Part shown: positions 25,585 through 39,366 of the stretch, piece by piece
Layout: every line of letters starts with the position of its first letter
How positions within the stretch are numbered: the first letter of the stretch is position 1
DNA from: the human T2T-CHM13v2.0 reference genome, Homo sapiens
DNA length: 64,000 nt
Strand: one strand, 5' to 3'
Assembly (NCBI RefSeq): GCF_009914755.1
Contig: NC_060937.1
The notes under the pieces: generated by a model
The model's database searches: none
Told to the model about the DNA's origin: nothing
The model's input: the letters and a program-made list of their open reading frames with translations, nothing else
Program-made: the position numbers and the translations under genes

Positions 25585-25990
25585 TAATAGCCTGAGTTTT
25601 TCCCACAGCTGATCCTGAAACAAAGTCTTGGGTGCAAGTGGTTTATTTGGAGTAAGTCCAGGAAGCAGGAATGAGGTAGTAGGAAAGAGAAAGAAAAAAA
25701 GAAAGAAATCTAGTGCAATGATAAGTTGTCAAGGTGGTCACTACTACAGACAACTGTGCATTATCCCACTGGACCATCTGAGGATCCTTGTGAAACGCCT
25801 TCGGAAACATGTATCCATTAGTTCCCATCCCCTATTTCTCAAGGATGTCCAAGGCTTTAACTCTCTTTGAGACAGAATTGCACATGGCAGAGTGTAGAGC
25901 AGATTCCTTCTGGCAACCAAATTTCTGATTCAGAAAAGCTCTGGGACAGAAAGTGAGAGGTAATTGGTATGAAGCTCTAGGCCAGGTGCT
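25585..25990 (-). mobile_element. Degenerate ERVL-class LTR (LTR33/LTR16-like)
   Basis: cctgaaacaaagtcttgggtgcaagtggtttatttggag...ccaggaagca resembles an antisense ERVL LTR 3' end; subfamily uncertain. Confidence 0.45.
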
Positions 25991-28900
25991 GCCAGGCTAT
26001 ACCTACAGGAAGCTAGTCAAGGCCTTCTTATAAGTGACTGCCAAGGAAGTGGCTATATCATTACACAATGAAAAAGAAAGAGAACTAATATTGACTGAGG
26101 GTTTAGTATATGGCAGCCTAGGATTCATAACAAGGGTTATTTGACTCCAAAGCCCATGATCCTGTCCTACCTCCTCCCAAGGTCCTTCATTGACTGCTTC
26201 CTCCAGCACAAATATTCTGGAACATGGCGGTTTGCCATTCTTTATTATGACTATTACTAACTGTGTTTCTGGTGAGCATAGTTGAACATAGTTCCTCTGA
26301 ATTTATTAATTATGAGTGACTTTTACTTACTGAGTTGTCTTTTGTCTTACCAGACACTTGTGCTTCGCAAATGTAAATTTGTATGCTTATTCTTTATTTG
26401 TGATAACCCATGAAATAGGTAGTAAGTATCCAGTTTTACAAATGAGGAAACCAAGGTTTATAGTTTAAGTCACTAGCTTTAGGTTACATGTCTACTTAGT
26501 GATAGTTTGTTTGTTTTTAACTTTGACGTACTTCCGCTTACTCAGAATGTTACTAGATTCATGGCAAATTCTCAGGAAATGCTTATCAAGTTGATAAGAT
26601 CTACTGGAATAGTTTGTGCCTTTCTCAAGGAAGATACAGTTAATGATTTCTCCAGCTGTGCTTCATCATCTATACCCAAATGAACATTCTTTAAAAGTCC
26701 AAGACAAATATCATAAAGGGTGACTGGGAAATGCTGAAGAAATTTTAATTTAAAAACAAATGAGAATTGAAATATAGAAAACACTAGGCTTGTTTGGCAT
26801 TCTAAAACCTTTTTTAACGACAACTTTTAGTTGAGTCCCAAGTTTGTAGAACAATATAAGTACACTGCTCTAGGAAGAAAACCTCCAATTACTAGGAAAA
26901 TGTCTTTCCTGTAAATCTCAACAAGGCCTGAACTACTTCAAGATGTGTGATTTGCTGACCATTCACTCTGCACTGTTGGCTGAGTCAACTCTTTACAGCT
27001 TCTCGCTAGAACCCTTTCAGGGTTATGTCACATTCTGCATCAATAACCACACCCCCACATAATCACATGATTCTGTGACCCATGTCGTATCAGTGCATCA
27101 GGTTACTACCTCATAAGATGCATTAGATGTACAGATTTTTTTAAAAAACAAACCCAAGGAACTCTAGCCATCCAGTAAATAATAGGCCGTGAAGGTTTAT
27201 TCTTCCATCGACAAAATTTCCCTCAACTAACAGGCATTGTGCTAGTTGTTGAGGTCACAAAGGCCAAAGGCATGGCTCTGCTGTTAGGCAGACAGACACA
27301 TTATCAAGTATGCTGACAATTACTGATGCTGTGATTTTAAAATGCACAGAGTACAGGGGGCATAGATGGAAGAATGATTAAGTTTCAGTGGTGAATTATA
27401 AAAAAAATTGTAAAGGAGATTACAAGGAAACTACTAGAAAGGAATCAGTACCAAATGACAAAGCATAGGTAGCCTGCCTGTGATTGTAATTTATGTCAGG
27501 TCTCCTAATCCACTGACCTCTACTAGCCAGAAGTGCAAGAGACTTGAGTGCTATTCACTACTCATTCCATCTCTGTATGCTCCAAACACTTCCTCTATTC
27601 CAACCAGCCTCACCCCTGTCTCTGCAATGTTGTCTTTCTCCCCAGGTCCCTTTTTGCTCCAGCATCTCCTCTGGCCTTCAATCTGTCTACATGATAATCT
27701 CACTAGAAATCAGACAATGATACTTCCATTCTTCAAAAGTCAACTTACAGCCTACTTTCTTGAGGAATCAATTTAAATCTCCTTAGAAAGGAGGCAAGTG
27801 GTCTTATATGAATTCAAGTGTAATAGCTACATGTTGACTGTAATGTGTCATGTTGGATGAGACGAGCCTTGAAGAGAACATCTCTCTTCCTCATCTTTGA
27901 TATTATCATCCCAGAGCACCTAATACATAACCCTATAGTCTGGGACCTCTGTAAGCTCTCGGCAAATGCAACTTGTATTTAATCAAATTAAATGAAGAGC
28001 TTGTGCCTTAGTTCCTTCACCTATAAAATGAAAATAATAATTGTCTCTTCTCTTCCAAAGAACTGGTGAGTAAGCCACTCTATCCCTGGCACCTAAGATA
28101 GTAACAGCCATGTAATAGGACCTTAGTAAATATTTGCTGAATGAATAAGTGAAGAGGCTACATTCTAAGACATCTGAGATGAGGCATTGTATTTGAGGCT
28201 TTTAGAACTCAAAAAGTACCAGAGTTCTAACTAAAAATAGGCCTCATGGTACCTTCTTATCTTTTAATAAAACCTTCCTACAGTTTTTAAGATTCTACAT
28301 TAACAGTATTACTCAGCAAGTAAAAACATTGAGAAACAGAGAAATGATTCTACCAGGATGAGAAGCATTAAAACAGAATATAATCTCAGGCCTTTTCCAC
28401 TGGGAACATGTTCCCTTGCCTAAGAAAGACCAGGAATTTTGGAGGAGTAAGATTTATGTGCCCAGTAAAAATAGCTGTTTGCTAGATGTATGCTATTCTG
28501 CATATTACAGGAGAAAAGTTAAAGGTACAGTGTATTTTTTTAAAATTTTGGTCCATATAGAATTCATACAGAAGATTATAGATATAGCTAAACAATCCTG
28601 AAAAATAATTTTAAAAACATATTTTCTCATTAGAAATTAGTCCATATTCAGACTCATCATAAATAAAACAGCAATTTTTTTGGTGCTACAACAAATAAAT
28701 AAGTCAATGGAACTTTTAGAGTGTCCAGAAACAGTCTTGCTCATATATAGGGCCTTGATATATGATAAAGATGGTGCCAAAAATCCGTGGGGAAAGACAC
28801 AGTCTTCAAAAAGTGGGTGAGAATAATTGTTCACCACATAGAAAAAATAAAATTAGATTCCTTCCTTCATGTCATACATAAAAATAAAATTCCAGATATA

Positions 28901-29101
28901 TTAAAGAACCAAATATAAAATGCAAACTTTACAACTAGTTTTACCAAAAATGGGGGTAATATATTAAAGATTTTGAAGTTGAGGCTAGCTTAAGTTATAA
29001 AAAGTATAACTCATAATAGAAAAGTTTGACTTTTTTTAGATAAAAATTCATTTTTGCCTATGGCAAAGGGCATCATAGGCAAAGTTTAAAGGACAAATGA
29101 A

Positions 29102-30569
29102 GCCAAAGCAAGACTAAGCAAAAAGGAGGCATCTAGAGGCATCAGATTTACCAACTTCAAACTATACTATAAGGCCATAGTCACCAAAACAGCATGGTAC
29201 TGGTATAAAAATAGGCATATAGATCAATGGAACAGAGTAGAGAAACCAGAAATAAAGCCAAATACTTATAGTCAACTGAACTTCAACAAAGCAAACAAAA
29301 ACATAAAGTGGGGAAAGCACACCCTATTCAACAAATGGTGCTGGGATAATTGGCAAGCCACATGTAGAAGAATGAAACTGGATCCTCATCTCTCACCCTA
29401 TACAAAAATCAACTCAAGATGGATCAAAGACCTAAATCTAAGACCCGAAACCTAAAAAATCTAGAAGATAACATCGGAAAAACCCTTCTAGACATTGGCT
29501 TAGGCAAAGACTTCATGACCAAGAACCCAAAAGCAAATGAAACAAACAAACAAAAAAAGATAAATAGATGGGAGTTAATTAAACTAAAAAGCTTCTGCAC
29601 AGTAAAAGAAATAATCAGCAGAGTAAATAGATACCCCGCAGAGTGGAAGAAAAATCTTTGCAATCTATATTGGACAAAGGACTAATATCCAGAATCTACA
29701 AGAAACTCAAACAAATCAGCAAGAAAAAAACAAACAATCCCATCAAAAAGTGGGATAAGGACATGAATAGACAATTCTCAAAAGAAGATATACAAGTGGC
29801 TAACAAACATATGGAAAAATGCTCAACATCACTAATTATCAGGGAAATGCATATCAAAACCACAATGCGATACCACCTCACTCCTGCAAGAACAGCCATA
29901 AAAATTAAAAAATAATAGATGTTGGTGTGGGTATGGTGAAAAGGGAACACTTTTTTACACTGTTGGTGAGAATGTAAGCTAGTACAACCACTATAGAAAA
30001 CAGTGTGGAGACTCCTTAAAGAACTAAAAGTAGACCTACCATTTGATCCAGCAGTCTCACTCATGGGTACCTACCCAGAGGAAAAGTAGTCATTATATGA
30101 AAAAGATACTTGCACATGCATGTTTCTAGCAGCACAGTATGCAATTGTAAAAATTTGGAACCAGCCCAAATGTCTATCAATCAATGAGTGGATAAAGAAA
30201 ATGTGATATATATACACCATGGAATACTACACAGCCATAAAAATGAATGAAATAATGGCATTCAGAGCAACCTGGGTGGAATTGAAGACCATTATTCCAA
30301 ATGGAGTAACTCAGAAATGGAAAAACCAAACATCCTATGTTCTCACTTGAAAGTAGGAGCTAGGCTATGAGGATACAAAGGCATAAGAATGATACAATGG
30401 ACTTTGGGGACTCGGGGGAAAGGGTGAGGGGGTTAGGGATAAAAGACAACACACTGGGTGCAGTGTACACTGTTTGAGTGATGGGTGCATGAAAATCTCA
30501 GAAACCATCATTAAAGAATTTATTCATGTAACCAAACACCATGTGTTCCTCAAAAATCTATTGGGAAAA
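29102..30569 (+). mobile_element. 5'-truncated L1PB inserted into an older L1M (about 28560-30960)
   Basis: Frameshifted ORF2 C-terminal peptides ([36 protein letters not shown]), L1PB-type 3' UTR, and 14-bp TSD aaaggacaaatgaa at 29088-29101 and 30570-30583. Confidence 0.92.
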
Positions 30570-30964
30570 AAAGGACAAATGAATGGAAAAAAATTTGCAG
30601 TGAAATGACACTTAAAGAATTAAAATATGTAAATATTCATAACAGTTCCAATAGAGAACATTCCAACAGAAAACTTCCCAATAGAAAAATTAGCAAGATA
30701 GAAATTGGCAATTCTCAGAAGAAATACAAATAGCTAATAAATATATAAAAATATATTTAACCTCAGTAGGTATAAGAAACTGAAAATGAAATAAAAACAA
30801 AAACCATTGACACCACTTACCTTATATTATCAGATTAATTTAAAAAATGAGTGTATTCTGCCAAATGTTGGCAAGAATGCAGAGAAATAGAAACTCACAC
30901 ACTGAAAGTGGGAGCATAAATGCCCTACAGCTTTACTTAGACAGAAACTTGGCAATTTTACCAT

Positions 30965-31330
30965 ATGTGGAGGGTTGCAAAAATGGCCATGATCCTTCAC
31001 TTCTCCCATTTCCATACTCTTTGTAATGTGATTTTGCACATCCTTTTATCAAGAGGTGGAGTCCATTTCTTCTCCTCTTCTATCTATGCTGACCTTTTAT
31101 TCTATTGCTTTTACCAATAGATTGCAGCAGAAGAGTCATTATGTCTCAAGAGTACTTTCACTCTTTCACTGGCTCTCTTGCTTCCAGCAACTGCCATGAG
31201 AACAAGCCTGCTGAAGAAAGAGAAACCACATGGAGCAGAGATAAGCTGTCCCTGTTAAGGCAATGCTAGACCAGCCAGCCAGTCTAGCAGCTGATCACAG
31301 GTGCATGAGCAAAAGTAACCATAAATTATC
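30965..31330 (+). mobile_element. MLT1-type MaLR LTR fragment
   Basis: ttgtaatgtgattttgca...atcaagaggtggagtccatttc...gccatgagaacaagcc. Confidence 0.65.
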
Positions 31331-31489
31331 TGCCCCAGAACAAATGTTTCATGTTCAGGAATCTCATGTTACTCAGAAGGACCATATGTGGACGTAAAAG
31401 GGATGCTCCATGGCAGCATCTCCTGGAACCCCATCCTAATACAGGGCTACAACTTACAACTCCCCAAGGAGTCTCCTGAACAACCCTGA

Positions 31490-31847
31490 TGATATGGTCT
31501 GGCTGTGTCCCCACCCAAATCTCATCTTGAATTGTAGCTCCCATAATTCCCATGTGTTGTGAGAGGTATCCAGTGGGAGATAATCAAATCATGGAGGCGG
31601 TCTTTCCCGTGCTATTCTCATGACAGTGAATAAGCCTCATGAGATCTGATGGTTTTATAAAGGGGAGTTTCCCTGCACAAGTTCTCTCTCTTGCCTGCTG
31701 CCATGTAAGATTTGCTTTTCACCTTCTGCCATGATTATGAGGCCTCCCTGGTCACTTGGAACTATGAGTCCATTAAACTTCTTTTTCTTTATAATTTACC
31801 CAGTCTTGGATATGTCTTTATCGGCAGTGTGAAAATGGACTAATACA
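31490..31847 (+). mobile_element. THE1 solo LTR (MaLR)
   Basis: Starts TGATATGGTCTGGCTGTGTCCCCACCCAAATCTC and ends GGACTAATACA; 5-bp TSD cctga at 31485-31489 and 31848-31852. Confidence 0.95.
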
Positions 31848-32535
31848 CCTGACATGCATACCTAATTGTGAGGCCTGTTGGTATATTAGCAAATTAGGCA
31901 AAAAGCTGTTAAGTTTGTTTCATTTACTCAACTGTTTTGGCAGAATACACACATCAGGTCTGTTATTCCCAGAAGACAGGCCTTCCCTTGGAACATTAGT
32001 CTCTGAAGATTGATTCTTTCATGATGTTTCTGGAAAAATCTTGGTTGAATTCAAGAATCAATAGTCAAATAATTTCAACTGCTGAGATAAGAAGCTGGTG
32101 CACTAGATTTTTATGCATTTTCAAACTGTGGAAAAAGGAATATTTTCTAAAAACTGGAATTAAGTAAGGCAATTTTATATACATTTATTTCTAGAGATAA
32201 AAATTCAGATGTGGTTAACAAAAGGAGGTCGATTAAAAGTCTCAAGGGTACATTTTTTTTTCAAGCCAACAGCATCCTTAGGGCCTGAAAGCAGCAACTA
32301 CTATTATGACATATTAAGAATTATATTAAATGCTTAGCATACATTATCTCACTTAACGTTTCAACAACCCTAAAATATAGCTATTATTTCCAATTTACAG
32401 ATGATGATGCCGGGATATAAAAGAAATTAAAGTCACTTGTCTGTGGTCACAGAGCCAGTAATTAGTGAAGCCTTGCTTTAAACAGAAGTCTGACTCCAAA
32501 AACTCATTCTTCTAACCACCAAAATCTGCTGCAGT

Positions 32536-32538
<3 letters not shown>

Positions 32539-32570
<32 letters not shown>
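32539..32570 (+). repeat. (AC)16 microsatellite
   Basis: Read directly. Confidence 0.95.
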
Positions 32571-32571
<1 letters not shown>

Positions 32572-32621
32572 ATTACATAATGCTGTGAGGTTCACAGAAT
32601 CTTTTGTCATACATTATTTGA

Positions 32622-32940
<319 letters not shown>

Positions 32941-33799
32941 CTATAAAATTCTTACAACTCCCATCTTACAGGTGAGCTTACTAAGACTCATACCAAGGAA
33001 GTGTCTATTTCCAAAGTCACAAAGTTTGTATGTAGTAGATCTGAGACAAAATGTCCCAAATCCATATCCTTTCCAGCAGGTCAAGCTGCTAGATGCTTTA
33101 GTTATCATAAGCAGATATTATGGAATATGATGAACTATAAGATAAATTATTCCTAGAGGAATAGAGAAATAGATGATGGATACAGGGATTTTTTCTGCTG
33201 AGGCTTGACTCAGACAAGCAGTTGTGGGGCCACTTTGCAAGAATCTCTTTGGAGCAAGCTCTGACTTCCTTCCGTCTGGTGGAGGAGGACCAGGACCAGG
33301 ATCTGGGGTTCCTGAAATTAGCAAAATGAACAAACAAGGGAAGAAGATGGAGACCACTCCCAAGACCAATGGGGAAGGTAAAATATCTGACCCAGTCTAT
33401 AAGCATTCTTCCCCTGGGGCCTGGCCTGGGCAAGTACCAAGGGCAGGGGCAGAGCCAGTGACAAGAAGGACTAAGCACATGAGGTAACAAAATAAAAAGC
33501 CTGCCCACAGTGACTGTAAGCTGCCTCTTGTGCCCCAGCTGGAGTGACTTAGGGGGAACTGCAATGCCATATGTCAAATCAAGATGGTAGAAATGTTACA
33601 CAAATTGATACCTGGCAAATTGATCAAAATTAATTTTCCCTTACATTAAAGAAGAAATAGTGATAGAATTGCTACTGATATTAGTCTGAGAAACTGCCTC
33701 AATTTTTGGAGGCTGATGGACACTCAGAAAGTGATTTAAATGTAAACAACTTGTTCAATGCCTTATTTTACAATTGAGGAAGTGTGTTAGTGGTAACAC

Positions 33800-34076
<277 letters not shown>

Positions 34077-34299
34077 CTAGTGAGAATGTCTCTCCAGTCT
34101 GGCTATCATCACCCATGACAGTCATATTTATGTCATTGTCTCCTTGATCAGGAAAGGGAAAAGAACTATGCCATGGGAGCAGAGACAGCTCTTCCCTGGG
34201 AGCAGTGCTTTACTGAGCTGCAACGCTCTCCCCAGCCCAGGGGCAGGAGTTGAACATATCACTTGAATCACTTCTGGTTTCTAGATGCAAAAGCAGTCC

Positions 34300-34820
34300 C
34301 CGAAAGGAATTTCCAGGCGCTGGCTCACAGGCTGCGTGTAAACGCCCGGTCACGCCTCCCGCGTGGAGGATGGAGACGATTACTAATCACCAGCCACCTC
34401 CGAGTGACAGCAGAGGCAGGGGAGGCTCGGGGCCCAGCTGTCAGGCGCAAGGGCAGAGGTCAGCGCGGGGTCTCCCCGGAGCAGGAGTGAGCGGCGAGTG
34501 ACAGGTGCAGCCGCGCCATCCCCAAGCATCCCGGAACCTGGCCCGGAGGCTGCTGTGGGATCCACAGCCCTGCGCGCTGGGGAGGCGCTGCAATGACCCT
34601 GCGGCGGCGCCTTCCCCCGGCGTCCCCAAATAGAAACAGCACTAGTGCCCTCTCTCCGACCCCACCAGGGCCGCTGCCGGGCTCCTCCTTACTCAGACCA
34701 GGCTCTACCGACTCCGCAACAGCTGCTCACCACGCTTGAGATGCAAAAGGTCTGTGTGAATACAATAAGGGGATGCATATTTTCAGGCCAGAATTCACAC
34801 CCGAGCATGATTTTCACCGC
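34300..34820. promoter_or_regulatory. Intergenic (orphan) CpG island
   Basis: About 0.5 kb of GC-rich, CpG-retaining unique sequence in AT-rich, CpG-depleted surroundings; not recognisable as Alu or LTR. Confidence 0.75.
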
Positions 34821-35439
34821 GTGATTGACTTAGGTGAATTTAAAATACCCCGAGCCTCATAAATAAATTGCGCTGGGGCTTTAAATTGGCAAAATGAGTT
34901 ACTGACTTCCCTGACTCTACTTAACATTGCACCTACCTATGTTTTGAGGAAGTGGAGGGGAGTCTTTCATGACTGTCTTAGACTCCAAGTCATTAGGTCT
35001 ATTAGTTTGCTTTTTTCTTTTCTCGTCAATACAATTGACTTGGTCTTGCACTTCCCCAGGCAACTTTCTGTAATTAAGGGTCTCTGGAACTAACTAATAA
35101 AGTACAATCAGTGCCGATGTGAGAAACAATAGTTACAAGAACATATACCATGTTTAAAAATAGATTTAAATACTCAAAGTCCCCAAATTATTCATTCTTT
35201 AAAACAAGTGAAAGAGTTTGTAAGAGAAAATCAACCATGCGCTGAGGATAATACACAAAAAATTTGACCTTAACAAATTTCTGAGATAATAAACTCTCTA
35301 TTTTAGGTCATTAAAAAAAATCTCGAAATTTTGCAGAGTTTGACATTGCCAATTTGCTCACAGTCATTGACTGCTGAAACAGATGCCAATGATCAAGTTG
35401 CCCATAAAAAAGAATAAAGCTTCTTTCATAATGAGGCCT

Positions 35440-36080
35440 ATGATGAACTGATTAAATAAGTTAGCCAAGCAAATTTCTGGAAGAAAATACTTCATGCAGA
35501 GAGAATTGCGAGTGCAAAGCCCTGAGGTAGGGTTGTTCAAGTAAAACCCAGGTGACCATTGTCAATGAGCTGAGTGACAGAGGGGAAGAGCTGTTGGAGA
35601 TGATGTTGTTGGACAGGTTGCAAGGACTGAGGTCCTAAAAGGTCTCATAGACTCATAGTAAAGACTGCTTTTCTGTGAATGAGATGAGAGGTCATTGGAG
35701 GTTTGCAAAGAAATGGCATAATCTGATTTAAACATTAAAAAGACCGTTCTGTCTACTACGTGAAACAGATTGAGCAAGGGAAGGTGAAAGCAGTAAGACT
35801 AGTTAGGAGGCCATTACCTGGGTGAGAGATATTGGTGGCCTGGACCAGGATGAGTACTGTCCTTCACTGGAGTGAAGTGGTCAGGTACTGATGACGTTTT
35901 GAAACTCAGAAAGTCAAGATTTGCTGATCAATCAAATGGAGAGTATGAGAGAGAGAGAGAGGAGACAATGACTCAAAGATTTCTGGCTTGGTGACGAATG
36001 GGTTTGCCATTTGCTAAAAGAAAGGGAGAGGAATGGTGGGAAAGGGAATCAACAGTTCAGTTTTTGTCTTGTGTGGTGAC
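35440..36080 (-). mobile_element. L2
   Basis: gagtgcaaagccctgaggtagg...ggcataatctgattta...gactagttaggaggc...aacagttcagtttt. Confidence 0.75.
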
Positions 36081-39024
36081 CCCATAGCCTTCTCTTTAAC
36101 CCAGTGGCTTTCACCCAATATTGTAATTGGCCCCCAAGCTGCCTGACTGCTTTCTCCTTTGACTTGAAACAGATCCCACTCCGAAATCTCCCCTTTATAA
36201 ACATTTTGGGTCTTCTTCATATTGTCTGTTATTCAGGAAAAAATTGCCAAACATGATTTTCAGAAGTTGATATCATAAAAACATTGTGATTATCCTTTTG
36301 TGTCTTGGACATCAGCCATTGAGAATCACTGCTCCCACCTGAGCATTTCATTTCTGTTTCTATGCAGGTTCTGATCCACTAAATAGAAAGGAAAAGACCT
36401 TTACACTCCCTTTAGCAAGAAATCTTCTGCTCCTGCAGGAAGGTCCACCTGAAAACAGAGGGCCCATAACACTCGTTGGGAAGCACCAACAGACATCCCA
36501 GACTCTCCTCATCCCATTTCCTAGTAGCTCCCTGGCACCACTGTTTGATGACAGCTTGTTGAAATGGATGCCTGTTGAAATGGTGAAGGTGAACAGTGTG
36601 AGATGTCAAAAGAAACATATGACTAACAATAAAGATAAGCTCACAAATTATGTATTTTTTTCCAAAGTGAATTGGAGCTAGCTAAAATGTACCCCTCTAT
36701 TTTTGTCATTCTCCCTTGTGTTCAAGAGAGAGAACAGGGAGGAATTGCTGCTTGTGTGTTGGGAATTTCACAGAATCTTGGGCATCCCCACAAGAGTGAT
36801 CGTTCATGTAAGTGGCATCCACTTTTGTGAATCAGCAAAAAAAAAAAAAAAAAGAAAAAAGAAAAAGAAAAAGATTGAAGGCTGCTGGCTTAGCTACCTA
36901 AGGACAGCAGTGTGGAAGGACTCAGAGGAAATGGAGGACGTTGCTCCTGCTTTTGCAAAGCTTGCAATTTTATGATCTTATTAAAATAAAGCTTATTGTT
37001 TTAATTTTATCCAGATGTATAGACAGAGGCCAATTTATTGGGAGCATTTCCTCTATCTGTGGGGTGCTGAGTTTATAGACTTACATTAGTCTTTTCCAGT
37101 GATCACCCCCTCTTGTAACCTTCCTTCCTCCTGCCTCATCTCACACACAAGAGCAGTGGCTATCATCAAAGTTATTGATTTATGCCTCAAGCAGGCAGGA
37201 AGTCAAACAAAGCAGCCTGAGAAAGCAGCAGAGGCAGCTGCTTACCCAAGAGGATTTGTGGGGAGGAATCTCCTGGCATAAAACTTATTTGCTCCCACTG
37301 GCCTCAGATGAGAACAGTATCAACGACAATAATAATAGCAGCTAATGCATAATAAATGGTTACCATGTGCCAGGCCCATTCTCTCATTTCATTTTCCCAC
37401 AGCCTTGCTAGGCAGCTTCTGTTAACTCCTCATTTTCACAGATTAGGAAACTGAGGCAAGAGGGGTCAGGGAGACTGCTCATGGTCACCTACTAGTAGGT
37501 GATGCAGCTCGCACTTCAACGGAGGTTTGTCTGACTCTAAAGCTCTTGCACTACTGGCTTCACACCCAGCCTGGCTTCAAACTCTCTTTTGAATCACTTT
37601 TTTTTTTTTGGTCAGAACATACAGGCAAAGAAATTATCTTCAGAAGGTTGGTAGGAAAAATAAACACTCTGCACGGCTGGTGTAGGCACAGCAATATGCA
37701 GGTTTTTGGTTGCCTTGACAAGGCTATATTAAAGACAAAAGGCTGTTGGAGTGGGTTTAACAAAGAATTTGAGAGAGGAGTTGGAGACCAGTATGAACTA
37801 TTTTGAAAACTTTTGCTCCAAAGGGGAACATTCTTTCAAAGGTGATAGAAGCGAAAAATAAAGTAAGCTAAAACAAGATTCCCAGATAAATGCATTGGCA
37901 ATAGATCTTAACTGGTAAATAAATGAGACTATATTCAATACAACGCTAATCTTTTGATGTTGATATCGTATGAGGCAGCCAGACTTTTCCACTGGGGTAA
38001 GGGCACATGGGATGGGGCCACTCCCCTAGATAAATTATAGAATTGAATAGAGCCGTGGTCCAGCATTATTTGCCATGCTCTTAGATTTAACATACACCAA
38101 CTTTCAGTCCCATTTTTTGCCCAGAGTGCTGTGAAAACCAACAAGGAATCAAATATGTGGATCTGAGCAAAAATGTTAAAACTTTCGTTTCAAAAAGCTG
38201 GGAATTCTTAAGATCAAGACAAATGTGCAGTCATGGATGAAAAATCAACCACACATAATCTCAGCTTTCAACTGAGTCATGTAAAAACACTTGTCACGAA
38301 GAAAACACACCTTTGTGATGATGCAAGTGTTAAGAATAACAAGAAAGAATGTAAATAGTAAAGGAAAATCTTGCAGCAGGGTAGGGCATCCCTGTATTTC
38401 CAATTATTTATATCCAGGCAACCCATACTTTTCGCCCTGCCTACCAGTCTGCTTTTGATGAGTCGTTACCACCCTGTCATTCCCCCAAGGCCTGAAATTA
38501 TTTCGGTTTTCTGGCCTTGAAAATGCTTTCTGTGTTTGATGAAGTATTACTTTGAAGACCCAAGGTTTCCAAATATTGAAGCTTCTGTTTATTCTCAGCC
38601 ATATATTATTCTATTTTAATTTTGAAAATTACAGTTGTTTGCAAAGGCTATTTTTGTTGAGGAGGTGTTAATTATTTTCTGGGCCTAAATTGTGATAGCT
38701 GGCCTAGTTATTGCAGGTCCAACAGTGAACTCGGTTTATTATTGCTTTGATTTAGCTCCACTGAGGGACTGACCTAAAATGTCTTTTCTTTCTAAAGCCA
38801 GAGAATTTAATACTGTGATTGGATTGTTGTAATGGCTTCCTAACCAGTCTCCCTGCTTTCTTCTTCAACCTCACCTCCCAACCCACATTCTGTTCTCAAG
38901 GTAGCAGCTAAGTGAACTTTCAGTGCAAAGATCATACCATGTCATTCCTCTGTTAAAAACCTCCCAAGGGCTTCACTCCACAAAAATGAAAAAGTCCTTA
39001 TGTTGTGCGATCTGGTCCCTGCTA

Positions 39025-39366
<342 letters not shown>

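Noticed and set aside
25672-25683. TGAGGTAGTAGG, identical to the first 12 nt of let-7a (similar partial matches near 27107-27117 on the minus strand and at 35523)
   Set aside because: The match stops after 12 nt, there is no hairpin partner, and the site lies in a probable LTR; not a miRNA gene.
29419-30064. ORFs resembling a reverse-transcriptase protein C-terminus
   Set aside because: Frameshifted ORF2 remnants of a truncated L1PB, not a gene.
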